63,607 bases of DNA from NCBI GenBank assembly GCA_037439545.1, contig JBBIVV010000009.1, positions 1 through 63,607 on the forward strand, in the 5' to 3' direction. Below the pieces are notes generated by a model. That model was given only the letters and a program-made list of their open reading frames with translations, was not told the DNA's origin and ran no database searches. This document shows positions 44,755-54,635 of this stretch, piece after piece. The position numbers were made by a program, and so were the translations under genes. Each line of letters starts with the position of its first letter. The first letter of the stretch is position 1. Source of the stretch: a bacterium (GTDB lineage Bacteria > JAMCPX01).

Positions 44755-45756
44755 ATGATTCATAGAAATTTGCAACCTATTGTAAAACCCAAGAGAGTGG
44801 TAATAGACAGTAATGCATTAACTGAAACTTACGGTAAATTCACGATAGAGCCGCTGGAAAGAGGGTACGGTACAACTATTGGCAATACCTTAAGAAGGAT
44901 ACTCCTGTCATCAATAGAAGGTTCTGCAATAACATCCATAAAGATTGAAGGCGTAACCAATGAATTTGCAACGATACCCGGTGTCGATGAAGATGTTATG
45001 GAGATCATTCTGAATCTTAAAACTATCAGGTTCAGACTCAGCGACGTCAGGGAGAGAGAAATAAAGATCAGGGCAAAGGGTGAGATGCTTATTACCGGTA
45101 AAGATATTATCGTTGATGATAAGGTCGCTGTACTTACACCCGACACGAAGATTGCAACACTTCATAAGGATGCAGTATTTAATGCAGATATGAGCGTGAA
45201 GGTAGGAAGAGGTTACATACCTTCGGAGGAAAACAAGGATGATGGCATGTCCATCGGCGTTATATCCATAGATTCGATATTTTCACCGGTCAAAAGGGTA
45301 AACTTTCAGGTGAGGAACTCACGTGTCGGCAGGATCATCGATTATGATAAACTAATCATCGAGATATGGACAGATGGAAGTATAGAGCCGAGAAAAGCAT
45401 TGATAACCGCTGCCGGTATCTTATCAGAACAGCTTTCATTATTCTCGGAAGAGGTTATCGAGCATAACAATCTTGAAATCATTCACAGCGAGATTGACCA
45501 TGAAGATAATAAGCTTGCAGAGTTAATGAATAAGAACATCGATGAGCTTGAGTTTTCCGTGAGAGCAACCAACTGTCTGAAGAATGCAAATATCAAAACA
45601 ATAGGAGAACTTGTGCTGAAGACAGAACAAGAAATCCTCCAGATGAAGAATTTTGGCAGGAAATCACTCAGCGAGATAAAAGATGTCCTTTCCGGTATGG
45701 GGTTAAAGCTCGGCATGAAGACTGCAGGTATGGATGCGGATGAGGAAAAAGAGTAA
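44755..45756 (+). CDS. rpoA: RNA polymerase alpha subunit
   Basis: [22 protein letters not shown]; [17 protein letters not shown]. Confidence 0.99.
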   Translation: MIHRNLQPIVKPKRVVIDSNALTETYGKFTIEPLERGYGTTIGNTLRRILLSSIEGSAITSIKIEGVTNEFATIPGVDEDVMEIILNLKTIRFRLSDVREREIKIRAKGEMLITGKDIIVDDKVAVLTPDTKIATLHKDAVFNADMSVKVGRGYIPSEENKDDGMSIGVISIDSIFSPVKRVNFQVRNSRVGRIIDYDKLIIEIWTDGSIEPRKALITAAGILSEQLSLFSEEVIEHNNLEIIHSEIDHEDNKLAELMNKNIDELEFSVRATNCLKNANIKTIGELVLKTEQEILQMKNFGRKSLSEIKDVLSGMGLKLGMKTAGMDADEEKE

Positions 45757-45773
45757 AAGGAGTAAGATGGATT

Positions 45774-46190
45774 ATGCGTCATAATGTTGATGGCAGAAAA
45801 TTAAGAAGAACAACATCTCATAGAAAAGCATTATTAAAGAACCTTGCAATAGCACTTATTGTAAATGAACGTATAGAGACCACGGTTGCGAAGGCAAAGG
45901 AACTGAGAAGGATAGTTGAAAGAATGATTACCCTCGGGAAAAAAGGCGATCTTGCTTCACGCAGGCGTGCATTTTCAATGCTCAGGCATGAACCTTCAGT
46001 TGCAAAATTGTTCAGTACATTTGCAGACCGGTATAAAACCCGCAATGGCGGATATACGAGGATTATAAAGTTCAGAAAAAGAATGGGTGACGGAGCCGAA
46101 CTCTCTTATATAGAGCTTGTGGACAGGGCCATAAAAGAGAAGAAGAAAAAGGACAAGAAGACAGCGGCTAAAGAAGAGAAAAAGGCATAG
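45774..46190 (+). CDS. rplQ: 50S ribosomal protein L17
   Basis: MRH...[16 protein letters not shown]. Confidence 0.99.
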   Translation: MRHNVDGRKLRRTTSHRKALLKNLAIALIVNERIETTVAKAKELRRIVERMITLGKKGDLASRRRAFSMLRHEPSVAKLFSTFADRYKTRNGGYTRIIKFRKRMGDGAELSYIELVDRAIKEKKKKDKKTAAKEEKKA

Positions 46191-46225
46191 TTTTGCCGGT
46201 ATGTGAGCCCAAAGGGCTTACTTGT

Positions 46226-46255
46226 GGGGAGAGGTTTTCTCACCCTGATTTTTTC
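46226..46255 (+). terminator. Possible intrinsic terminator after rplQ
   Basis: Imperfect hairpin GGGGAGAGGTTTTCTCACCC followed by TGATTTTTT. Confidence 0.4.
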
Positions 46256-46301
46256 AATGTTAAATTATGTGTCTTGGAGAGGTGAAGTGTTTTAGCCGGT
46301 A

Positions 46302-48002
46302 TTACAGAAGCCGGGTTAAATCCTTGATCTCTTCAAGGTACGAATTCAAAACCTTCAATTGCTCCAGTGCCTCGGGTTCATTAATAGTTTTGATGTGTTC
46401 TGCCTTTTCCACTGCTTTGAAGATACCGTCAATAACTGCGGCCTTCCTGGTATTCAGTTCGTCGAGAAACTTGTTTTTCGTCGTATCTATTCTTCTGAAA
46501 AGATCATAATGTGCCCTGCCTGTATTCCTGTCGATCTCTTCGTCAATCTTGCTTTCCGTTTGTTTGAGGATATATTTTTCGAAGAATAGTTTGGGCAGTA
46601 TGAACGGAATTGTATCGATGCCCCATGTGATTATGTCGTCGACCTTATACCACAGCCTGCTGTAAGGATCCAACTCTGTAATGTCGGATTGTCTCTGGGA
46701 CCCGATATTAAACAGGGTTGCGGCTGTCAGCTTTATGGAGTTTATCTCGCCATCGACAGACTGTGCATACTTCATGAGGATCTGCGAAAGTTTGTCCGCT
46801 ACGAGTTCTTCCTCATGCTTGAACCATGCTGAAAATACGTCTTCTATGCCCTTTTTTAGATACGAGGTGAATGACTCGAGCATTTTCTTTTTATTTGCTT
46901 TTTCCACCGAAAGGCTGTGCAGGCCGGTTTTAAGTTGTATAGATGCCTGCTTTTTTAATACCTCCATATCCTGCTCGACAATGTTCTTTAATGATCGAAT
47001 CTCACCCTCGAGCAAAAGCTCCATTTCTATGTGTCTTTTTTCGAGCATAGTTGTTTCGCTGTTAAGTACCGCGATCTTATTTTTCAGTTCATCGAGAGGG
47101 GAATGAACCGCATGAATGGTAAGCTGTATATTCAGTGTAAGCTCGTCGGATAGCATACGTGCTTTCATGCGTGTAGAGCCGGCAAGTGTATCGGCTTTGT
47201 CTTTTATGATAAAATGTGCAATCGCTTCCTCGAAGGCTTTAAATCCGCTCTCTTCATATAGCGCCGTATCATGGGCGAGTTTTGCCTCAAGTGCCTTTTT
47301 TGCAGACACGGGGAAGATATGCAGGTCTTTTACCGACAGTTTCTGCTCTATCAATGATCGTGTGAAGTTAAGAGATTCGTGCCATTCGTCGCTACTGACG
47401 GTATCTATTTTATTGAGAAGGAAGAATATCTTGTTTATGTAGGTCTTGATGGAATCAAGATAAGCATACTCAATCTCGCTGATAGGAGGATCAACGGATA
47501 GGACAAATATACCCGCATCCATCCTTGGCAGGGCATTGTAAGCAACGGCAGTATTGTGTTCGAACGTGGAACCGATACCCGGCGTATCTATTAAAACAAT
47601 ACCCTGTTTCAGATACGCTGAAGGATACATCGCCTCGACAAAATCAATGCCTTTGGCATTTCTGGGGTTGTGCCTTTCTGTTACATACTCGGTTATCCCG
47701 TCAAGCGGGACAGCCATTTTTGATCCACTTAAAAAATAAACCTTCGCACTTTTCTGATCGCTGTAGACAAGCTTTGTTATAATAGAGGTCAGCGGTATAA
47801 TTGCAGAGGGGAGGATTTTATCCCCAAGCAATGCGTTGATGGCCGTTGTCTTGCCCCTTTTGAATTGTCCGAGTATAACGAGATTCAAAGACTGAGCCTT
47901 GATCTTTTGCCGCAGCATATCAGCCGTGCTTTTTATATGACCGTTGTCAATAGCGCCTGCTATTTCCGATATCAACTGCAATTCTGTTAAAAGTTCTTCC
48001 AT
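46302..48002 (-). CDS. Bacterial dynamin-like GTPase
   Basis: G1 GQFKRGKTT, G2 PLTS, G3 DTPG, G4 NKID, FPVSA; long helical C-terminus; GGAGA SD 7 nt before ATG 48002 (GTG 48008 is an alternative). Confidence 0.9.
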   Translation of the reverse strand: MEELLTELQLISEIAGAIDNGHIKSTADMLRQKIKAQSLNLVILGQFKRGKTTAINALLGDKILPSAIIPLTSIITKLVYSDQKSAKVYFLSGSKMAVPLDGITEYVTERHNPRNAKGIDFVEAMYPSAYLKQGIVLIDTPGIGSTFEHNTAVAYNALPRMDAGIFVLSVDPPISEIEYAYLDSIKTYINKIFFLLNKIDTVSSDEWHESLNFTRSLIEQKLSVKDLHIFPVSAKKALEAKLAHDTALYEESGFKAFEEAIAHFIIKDKADTLAGSTRMKARMLSDELTLNIQLTIHAVHSPLDELKNKIAVLNSETTMLEKRHIEMELLLEGEIRSLKNIVEQDMEVLKKQASIQLKTGLHSLSVEKANKKKMLESFTSYLKKGIEDVFSAWFKHEEELVADKLSQILMKYAQSVDGEINSIKLTAATLFNIGSQRQSDITELDPYSRLWYKVDDIITWGIDTIPFILPKLFFEKYILKQTESKIDEEIDRNTGRAHYDLFRRIDTTKNKFLDELNTRKAAVIDGIFKAVEKAEHIKTINEPEALEQLKVLNSYLEEIKDLTRLL

Positions 48003-48014
48003 AGCCACATCTCC

Positions 48015-48054
48015 AAAAAAATAACTCCTACCAATGAATCCGGTAGGAGTTATT
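48015..48054 (-). terminator. Riboswitch expression-platform terminator upstream of the dynamin-like gene
   Basis: Minus strand AATAACTCCTACC-GGATTCATT-GGTAGGAGTTATT then a T run; the 5' arm is the aptamer 3' end. Confidence 0.9.
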
Positions 48055-48098
48055 AATCCTTATTGCTTTAAAACGGATGTTAAGCGAACTCCATCGCT
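48043..48098 (-). ncRNA. Fluoride riboswitch (crcB motif), variant, upstream of the dynamin-like gene
   Basis: AGCGATGGAGTTCGCT...ATCC...GGAT TAATAACTCCTAC: P1 AGCG/CGCT, pseudoknot GGAGTT/AACTCC, terminal CTAC. Confidence 0.85.
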
Positions 48099-48104
48099 GA
48101 AGTC

Positions 48105-48133
48105 ATGATATGATCAACGTATGTTCAAGTCAA
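48105..48133 (-). promoter_or_regulatory. sigma70-type promoter of the riboswitch-dynamin unit
   Basis: TTGACT (48133-48128), 17 bp spacer, TATCAT (48110-48105); predicted start lands at the first aptamer base, about 48098. Confidence 0.7.
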
Positions 48134-48400
48134 CCATTCTATGATTTTCTGTGATAGCCAAGTGAAAATGTCAGCAAAAGGTATGGGTGACCCAAAGGTA
48201 GCACCTATACTCGCGGTCAACTCCAAAACTGTTATGACAAAAGTTTTTGTGAAACGTATAAATGCGACCCCATTATTTCCCAGATGCTGTATCGATCTTG
48301 CTTGATCCACCGTGCCCGGTCATGATAATAATTCAGAAGATACAAGAATGCTTAAACACCGAGGCAGGGTTTTATTCCATCGTTGCAAGGAAGGTTCATA

Positions 48401-49096
48401 ATGGAATATAAAGATATAATAAAACGCTTCAGGTCTCTGTCTGATCCGGATGCAGTGGCTGGTATGGTACGGTTCGGGATTAATCCGAAAAATACCTATG
48501 GGGTATCGATACCGGAGCTGAGGAAAATAGCAAAGCAGACGGGGAAAAATCATGATCTAGCACAAAAGCTCTGGTCATCAGGTGTCCATGAGGCACGTAT
48601 ACTTGCAAGCATGGTCGATGCTCCTGCACTGGTCACGTCAAAACAGATGGATGCATGGGCAAAGGACTTCGATTCATGGGACATATGTGACCAGTGCTGC
48701 AGCAACCTTTTTGACAAAACAAAGTTTGCACATAAAAAGATACTGGTCTGGAGCAAGAAGAGAAAAGAATTTGTCAAAAGGGCAGGCTTTACGCTGATGG
48801 CTGTACTGGCAGTGCATGATAAAAAGACGAATGATAAAGAGTTTATCAAATTTCTGTCTGTGATCAAAAGAGAAGCTGTGGATGACAGAAACTTTGTCAA
48901 GAAGGCTGTTAATTGGGCATTAAGACAGATCGGCAAGCGGAATGTCAATCTTAGAAGACTTGCGATAAAAACGGCGGTAGGAATCCACAGGATTGATTCA
49001 AAAAGCGCCAAATGGATTGCTGCTGATGCACTCAGAGAATTGAAAAAAAATAATCCGATTAATGACCCATCGCAGGTAAATCAGTTTTTACTATGA
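48401..49096 (+). CDS. DNA alkylation repair protein (AlkD-like HEAT repeats)
   Basis: GVSIPELRKIAK, FDSWDICDQ, RNFVKKAVNWALRQIGKRN. Confidence 0.9.
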   Translation: MEYKDIIKRFRSLSDPDAVAGMVRFGINPKNTYGVSIPELRKIAKQTGKNHDLAQKLWSSGVHEARILASMVDAPALVTSKQMDAWAKDFDSWDICDQCCSNLFDKTKFAHKKILVWSKKRKEFVKRAGFTLMAVLAVHDKKTNDKEFIKFLSVIKREAVDDRNFVKKAVNWALRQIGKRNVNLRRLAIKTAVGIHRIDSKSAKWIAADALRELKKNNPINDPSQVNQFLL

Positions 49097-49249
49097 AATT
49101 CATATCTTATCTGGAAGATAAAATTTATTGTGTAACGGGGTAAATTTTAAATTCCTTACAAATATTGTGGCTCCAAATAGGGATAAAAATGCAAATCTGT
49201 GACATCTATGATAAGTAATTCCAAGGAGAAACGGAGATTTCCCTATTAA

Positions 49250-49410
49250 CAGGCTGTCCGGCTATTGTCATCCTGAGGCACATTCATTTTATTCAGTCTA
49301 AACTCCGCTATGAATCTGACACAGAAGTAGATTCTTCGCTGTTGGCTCAGAATGACAAAGTGGGTGTTTCAGAATGACAGCCATGCTGTTTTTTGAATTG
49401 TCGGACAACC
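49250..49410 (+). mobile_element. 161-bp MITE, family C, copy 1
   Basis: Near-identical to 56161-56321; ends GGCTGTCCG / CGGACAACC; internal TGTCATCCTGAG...CTCAGAATGACA palindrome. Confidence 0.82.
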
Positions 49411-49451
49411 ATTTAAGCGGTGGATTGTAGTAAATGAAAGGAGAATATGAA

Positions 49452-50369
49452 ATGAATTTTACAAGAACGGATATTGAATTTATCAGTTATGGTGAACGGT
49501 GTACGGCATGGATGTACCGTCCGGAAGCAGGAGATAATATCCCTCTGGTAATCATGGCCCATGGCTTTGGTGCACTCCGGACCTTCGGTCTTGAGCCGTT
49601 TGCCGAAAGATTTGTACGTCAGGGAATGGCGGTTTTAGTGTTTGATTACCGTGGGTTTGGTTCCAGCGAGGGTTATCCCCGCAGTTTGATTTCCCCAAAA
49701 AAACATATTCAGGACTGGCATTCTGCCATAGCCCACGCGAGGAGAATCAGGTGGATTGATCATAGCAAAATTGCTCTTTGGGGAACATCCTACAGCGGCG
49801 GCCATGTCCTGTATGCTGCGGCACAGGACCATGGCATCGCGGCGGTTGTGGCGCAGGTGCCATTCGTGAATGGCTTGTCGTCAAGCTGGAATATGAAAAA
49901 GATGCTCGGCTGGGGGTATGTGGGACGGTGTGCAGTGGCCGGCATGAAGGACCTTTTGCGGATGCTGACGTTCAGGTCACCCTATTATATGCCGACAGTC
50001 GGCAGACCAGGTGAGTTGGCCATACTCTCGACACCGGACTGCTATGATGGATATTTGTCCCTCGTGCCCCAGGCGTACCGCGATTGGGATATAACGACTC
50101 CTGCAAGATCTGTTCTGTATCTTTTGCCCTATTCCCCCAGCAGGATTGTGCGGAAGATTACCTGTCCGTCACTGGTTGTTGCAGGTGAGCTGGACACGTT
50201 AATTCCCTATGCGTTTGTGAAAAAAACCGTTTCGAAGATGCCGGCCGGCCGTTTGGTCGGTCTTCCCTGCGGGCACTTCGGACCCTACAGCGGTGATACC
50301 CTTGAAAAGGTGTCGGATATGGAAAGCGCATTTTTTCTCGAGCATCTTATGGGTTCTGTGAAAAAATAA
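49452..50369 (+). CDS. Alpha/beta fold hydrolase
   Basis: HGFG oxyanion motif, FDYRGFG, GTSYSG nucleophile elbow, C-terminal D and GHF; AGGAG before ATG 49452. Confidence 0.9.
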   Translation: MNFTRTDIEFISYGERCTAWMYRPEAGDNIPLVIMAHGFGALRTFGLEPFAERFVRQGMAVLVFDYRGFGSSEGYPRSLISPKKHIQDWHSAIAHARRIRWIDHSKIALWGTSYSGGHVLYAAAQDHGIAAVVAQVPFVNGLSSSWNMKKMLGWGYVGRCAVAGMKDLLRMLTFRSPYYMPTVGRPGELAILSTPDCYDGYLSLVPQAYRDWDITTPARSVLYLLPYSPSRIVRKITCPSLVVAGELDTLIPYAFVKKTVSKMPAGRLVGLPCGHFGPYSGDTLEKVSDMESAFFLEHLMGSVKK

Positions 50370-50457
50370 CCCGATCCGCATGTTCCTCATCTTTCATTTC
50401 ATGTAAGAGGAGGAATATCCATGATGGGTGTGGGGTGAGGAGAGAGGAGCTACAGCG

Positions 50458-50710
50458 TTCCTCATTGATAAATCCACATGGATATTTGCATTAAAATAAC
50501 AATTTCATCCTTTTTAATAAGGAAAGGATCGAAAAAATTCTCTCAGAAAGCGATGTCGCAATTAACTGCATCATAGAAGTGGAACTCCTTGGCAGAACAA
50601 ATACAGAAAAAGAGTATATCCGTCTTAAGAGCAGACTTGACGGGCTCTCCTATATCGATGCCGCCAGGTCCCTGTGGGACAGTACCTCAAAGCTTGCATT
50701 CGATTTAAGG
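50458..50710 (+). pseudogene. vapC: Degraded PIN-domain (VapC-like) toxin
   Basis: FLIDKSTWIFALK* then a frameshift to KERIEKILSESDVAINCIIEVELLG...KLAFDLR; C-terminal D.LIAA motif absent. Confidence 0.6.
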
Positions 50711-50787
50711 CTCATAATCCCGGGCACCCGGCGAAGCTCGGTCAGGCGTCCATTCGCCCTCTGATTTCATTATGCAGGCTGTGGATA

Positions 50788-51147
50788 TCAGGGCGTACCA
50801 AAATTACCCGGGGTATATCTGATTATTTTTGCTCGTTCCTCGGTAATTAGCCCGCCGCAGCCAGCTTTTTCAAATAGGCGATCGACCAGAGGGATAAAAC
50901 CGTTGATCTTTGCCTCAGTATCAACGAGCTCAATAATGACAGGGAGGTCCTCGCTTAGTTCGAGGATCCGGGCCTTATGAATGACGCTTTTTGCCCCATA
51001 ACTTTCAACGCCGCGAAGTACTGTTGCGCCTGCTATACCCGATTCTTTTGCAGTGAGAACGATAACTTCGTATAGGGGCTTTCTATCAACATGATCCGTC
51101 TCACCAATAAAAATCCTCAGAAGTTTACCTTCACCTTCTAATTTCAT
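50788..51147 (-). CDS. DUF190 (PII-like) protein
   Basis: LRIFIGETD, GIAGATVLRG, LSEDLPVIIELVD; typical crcB neighbour. Confidence 0.92.
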   Translation of the reverse strand: MKLEGEGKLLRIFIGETDHVDRKPLYEVIVLTAKESGIAGATVLRGVESYGAKSVIHKARILELSEDLPVIIELVDTEAKINGFIPLVDRLFEKAGCGGLITEERAKIIRYTPGNFGTP

Positions 51148-51157
51148 GAAGCACCTC

Positions 51158-51532
51158 CTAAATAAGTGTTGCTACTATACTGCCAACCCACACAACTATC
51201 AATGCGAGTGTTATTGAAACCATCATATTCAATGCGCCGATAAAAAAAGAACCGCTTCTGAGTAATTTAAATGTCTCATATGAAAATGTGGAAAATGTGG
51301 TAAACCCACCAACAATACCGATGGCGACAAAGGCCCTGATGTCAGGAGCTATCAGGAATTTATCCTCTGCCAGCGTTAAAAAAAATCCGATGATAAAGCT
51401 GCCTGTAATATTAACAAACAATGTACCATAGGGAAAACTGCTGCCCAAGAGTGAGTAGACCCAGCCAGCCATAAGATATCTAAAAACCGATCCTATACCT
51501 CCTCCAATAAAGACAAGCACTGTCTTTATCAT
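51158..51532 (-). CDS. crcB: Fluoride channel Fluc/CrcB
   Basis: GGGIGSVFRY, FPYGTLFVN, GGFTTFSTFSYE. Confidence 0.97.
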   Translation of the reverse strand: MIKTVLVFIGGGIGSVFRYLMAGWVYSLLGSSFPYGTLFVNITGSFIIGFFLTLAEDKFLIAPDIRAFVAIGIVGGFTTFSTFSYETFKLLRSGSFFIGALNMMVSITLALIVVWVGSIVATLI

Positions 51533-51607
51533 TTTAATGCCTCCTTCTGTTTATAAGTATAAACGCAATTGTATTGGTTGTCGCGGCTGGTAAGGATTTC
51601 AGACAAT

Positions 51608-51647
51608 AAAAAACCCCTGCCATAGCAGACCTCACCATGGTAGGGGT
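51608..51647 (-). terminator. Riboswitch terminator upstream of crcB
   Basis: ACCCCTACCATGG...CTATGGCAGGGGT followed by TTTTT. Confidence 0.85.
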
Positions 51648-51693
51648 CATCAGCTTCGTAGTTCGAAGTAGTTAAAGGCGAACCCCATCGCCT
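51640..51693 (-). ncRNA. Fluoride riboswitch (crcB motif), canonical
   Basis: AGGCGATGGGGTTCGCCTTTAACTACTTCGAACTACGAAGCTGATGACCCCTAC upstream of crcB. Confidence 0.95.
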
Positions 51694-51700
51694 GAAAGCA

Positions 51701-51728
51701 AGTATAGTAACTGTTATCGGACTGTCAA
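51701..51728 (-). promoter_or_regulatory. sigma70-type promoter of the riboswitch-crcB unit
   Basis: TTGACA (51728-51723), 16 bp spacer, TATACT (51706-51701). Confidence 0.8.
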
Positions 51729-51762
51729 GATATTTCAAGCTATGATAAGGAGAGTTAATCTC

Positions 51763-52821
51763 TCAGTAATTGCTTGGTATTCTGTCTATGGTTTCTGTCA
51801 ATATTTCAAGAGATGGGTCTGAATCATAGGACAGTGAAAGCAATTTTACTCTCCGGAGCAGGCGGGGGATGTAGTGCATGAACTTATCGTTGCCCTTGAC
51901 CAGTTTTATGTATCTGAATCTGCCCGCAGCTTTCAACATACGCTGAATACTCATCAGTTTAAATATGTCCTGAAACCCTGCACCTGCATAAGGGCTCTTT
52001 GAAAGATAATAATCGACCATCTGATCGACAAAATCATCCGTCAATTCAACATAAGCGTCCCTTAACAGGGATACGAGATCATAGTGCGGAGGACCTATGA
52101 GCGCATCCTGAAAATCTATTGTATAAAGTTGCTCTTTGAAATAGAGGATGTTCCTCGAGTGATAGTCCCTGTGAACAAATATACCCGAGTATCTTTCAAA
52201 TAAAACCGAGAGCCTGTGGAACAATCTTTGCAGCTTTGACAATAAAATATGCGGCAGTTCGACCCCGGCTTTTACAATACCGTACTCTATGAAATGATCG
52301 AACTCGAAATCATAAAGATTACTGTTAAACCTGTTCAGCCTTGCATAGCACCACGGGGGTATATGCTCTTCCTTGATCTGAAATTTTACCATCATATCTA
52401 TTGCCTGCTTATAAAGCTCCGGGGACTGCCCTGATTCATTGATGAGGTCACCGAGCAGACTGTCTCCGAGATCATCGAGTATCAATATTCCTTCTCCCTC
52501 ATCATGGTAATGAATTGCCGGCACCCGCACACCAAGGTGGACCAAATATCTCTGGATATTGACGAATGGAAGTTCCTTGAAATCCTTTGAATGCGATGCT
52601 ATCTCCTCTGAAACAATGGCCCTGTCGGATGATGCGTTTACCATAACGACGTAGCTTTTGTCGCTGTCAAGAAAACACCGGTAATAGCTCCTGTTCGAAG
52701 CATCGCCGGCAAGCTTCCTTATGGAGGTAACGTGGGTGAGCTTTGCCTTGTCGAAGACAGCTATTATTCTCTTTTCCGTAGCTTCAGAATTATTGTCCAT
52801 AGGTCGCGCGCTTCCCCTCAT
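51763..52821 (-). CDS. amgK: Phosphotransferase, AmgK-like anomeric MurNAc/GlcNAc kinase
   Basis: LAGDASNRSYYR, HRDYHSRN, IDFQDAL.GP..YDLVSLLRD. Confidence 0.8.
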   Translation of the reverse strand: MRGSARPMDNNSEATEKRIIAVFDKAKLTHVTSIRKLAGDASNRSYYRCFLDSDKSYVVMVNASSDRAIVSEEIASHSKDFKELPFVNIQRYLVHLGVRVPAIHYHDEGEGILILDDLGDSLLGDLINESGQSPELYKQAIDMMVKFQIKEEHIPPWCYARLNRFNSNLYDFEFDHFIEYGIVKAGVELPHILLSKLQRLFHRLSVLFERYSGIFVHRDYHSRNILYFKEQLYTIDFQDALIGPPHYDLVSLLRDAYVELTDDFVDQMVDYYLSKSPYAGAGFQDIFKLMSIQRMLKAAGRFRYIKLVKGNDKFMHYIPRLLRRVKLLSLSYDSDPSLEILTETIDRIPSNY

Positions 52822-54617
52822 TTCCTGTGAAAGAATTTTTCAATCTCTGCCTTGGGAAGGGTAAAGACGAACGGCCTGCCGTGCGGGCAGTTGAGAGGGA
52901 TGCCGAGATGATCAAGCTGTGAGAACAACGCCTTTATCTTCTCGACAGGCAAAAAGTCTCCGGCTTTAACCGCACTCTTGCAGGCAACATCGGCCATTAT
53001 TTTATACAAAGGATCGGTCTTCTGATCACCGCTCAGTTCCGTGTGGCTTGAATCATTGTCCCGATCGCGGTTGTCTATAAGCTCTATCAAGGACAATGGT
53101 GTGAATACGGTTCCTGCGGGTATCGCACCCACAAGGACCCTGTCATTCCCGAGCGTCAGTTCATACCCTATGGTACGCAGTGCGTCCTGCATTTCAATCA
53201 GCGTATTCATCCTGCTCTCATTCAGAAAGATCTCCTGCGAAGCTGTCAGAAATTGAGATTGTCTCTGTCTCACGCGTGAGTTCTTTAAAAGTTGTTCAAA
53301 GAGAATCCGTTCATGCATCGCATGCTGGTCTATCAATACGATACGTTCTGCGGAAGAGGCGATTATATACGTTGCATCGAACTGTGCATAAATAGTTAAA
53401 GAAGAGAACTCACCGTTCTGTTCCAGCGTAGTCTGGGAGGTCATTGCACGGTTTAAATTGTATGATGGTCCTTGTGCCTGCTGAAGTGGTTCTGAGAAAA
53501 TATGTCCTGAGCCATAGCCGGTATCTCTGCCCTGGCTCTGCCGGTGCTGCGTTGCGTATGCCGAGGCAGCTTCTTTTATTTCCTGGATGTAGCCCTCTTT
53601 ATTCAATTCCTGTCCGGTCGTATAAATTATCGACCTCTTGTTGATCGTGTCCCTGACCGACTTGCTGACCGCATCGTAAACCATCGACTTGTCGGAGAAT
53701 TTTACGGCAGTTTTTGTCGGGTTAACATTTACATCTACAAAATGGAGAGGCAAGAACATGTTAATGAGTGTGACGGGATATCGCCCTTTCTGAAGTGCCG
53801 TCGAATATGCGCTTGTAACCGTATAGATCAGCGACCGGTCGATTACATACCGTCCGTTCACAAAGAGAAACATGAATCTCGAGGAGCCGGTATTATAATC
53901 CGGATCAGACACAACCCCTTCAACCTTTATTATGCCATTGTCAAAAGCTATACTGTACAGCTTGTTTTTCAGTCCTTGATCTATCCTGAGTGTTGCTCTC
54001 ATTTCAGGCGATGCGGGCTGGATATTAAAGACCTCTTTCGAGTTGTTGATAAGCCGTATGCCGACATTGTTGCAGCCGAATACGAACCTATCGATAACAT
54101 CGAGGCATGCTCTGTACTCTGCTTGTGGTGAGCCGAGAAATTTTTTTCTTGCAGGCGTATTGAAGAAGAGGTTCGATACGCTCACCGAAGTGCCTTTGTC
54201 ATGAGCTACAGCAGTTTTGCCCGTTACCCCGCGGCCCTTAAACCCAAGGCGCGTCCCGATGGTCTCTGTCTTATGCCGTGTAATAATTTCCATTTCCGAG
54301 ATAACTCCGATGCTATAAAGCGCCTCACCCCTGAAGCCGAGCGTGTTTATTTCATAGAGGCCCTGTTCGTTGCGGAGCTTGCTCGTTGCATGCCGCTGCA
54401 CTGCAAGTTCCAAGTCTTCGGACAGAATACCGTCCCCATCGTCTTTTACCTTAATAAGGTCTATGCCGCCGTTTTTTAATTCGACCGAAATCGAACGCCC
54501 TCCTGCATCTATTGCATTCTCCATAAGCTCTTTTACGATTGACGCAGGCCTTTCTATTACCTCTCCTGCCGCTATCTTACTTGCCAGTTCGTCTGAGAGT
54601 CTGGTTATATTACCCAT
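52818..54617 (-). CDS. mutL: DNA mismatch repair protein MutL
   Basis: IAAGEVIERPAS, GFRGEAL, DQHAMHER, ACK, CPHGRP endonuclease motifs. Confidence 0.98.
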   Translation of the reverse strand: MGNITRLSDELASKIAAGEVIERPASIVKELMENAIDAGGRSISVELKNGGIDLIKVKDDGDGILSEDLELAVQRHATSKLRNEQGLYEINTLGFRGEALYSIGVISEMEIITRHKTETIGTRLGFKGRGVTGKTAVAHDKGTSVSVSNLFFNTPARKKFLGSPQAEYRACLDVIDRFVFGCNNVGIRLINNSKEVFNIQPASPEMRATLRIDQGLKNKLYSIAFDNGIIKVEGVVSDPDYNTGSSRFMFLFVNGRYVIDRSLIYTVTSAYSTALQKGRYPVTLINMFLPLHFVDVNVNPTKTAVKFSDKSMVYDAVSKSVRDTINKRSIIYTTGQELNKEGYIQEIKEAASAYATQHRQSQGRDTGYGSGHIFSEPLQQAQGPSYNLNRAMTSQTTLEQNGEFSSLTIYAQFDATYIIASSAERIVLIDQHAMHERILFEQLLKNSRVRQRQSQFLTASQEIFLNESRMNTLIEMQDALRTIGYELTLGNDRVLVGAIPAGTVFTPLSLIELIDNRDRDNDSSHTELSGDQKTDPLYKIMADVACKSAVKAGDFLPVEKIKALFSQLDHLGIPLNCPHGRPFVFTLPKAEIEKFFHRK

Positions 54618-54635
54618 CGCTAATCCGGTAGCCCC

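Noticed and set aside
48125-48310. 61-aa minus-strand ORF upstream of the dynamin riboswitch
   Set aside because: No recognisable family or SD, and it overlaps the predicted -35 element.
51529-51738. 69-aa ORF upstream of crcB
   Set aside because: Spans the promoter, fluoride riboswitch and terminator; better explained as non-coding leader.
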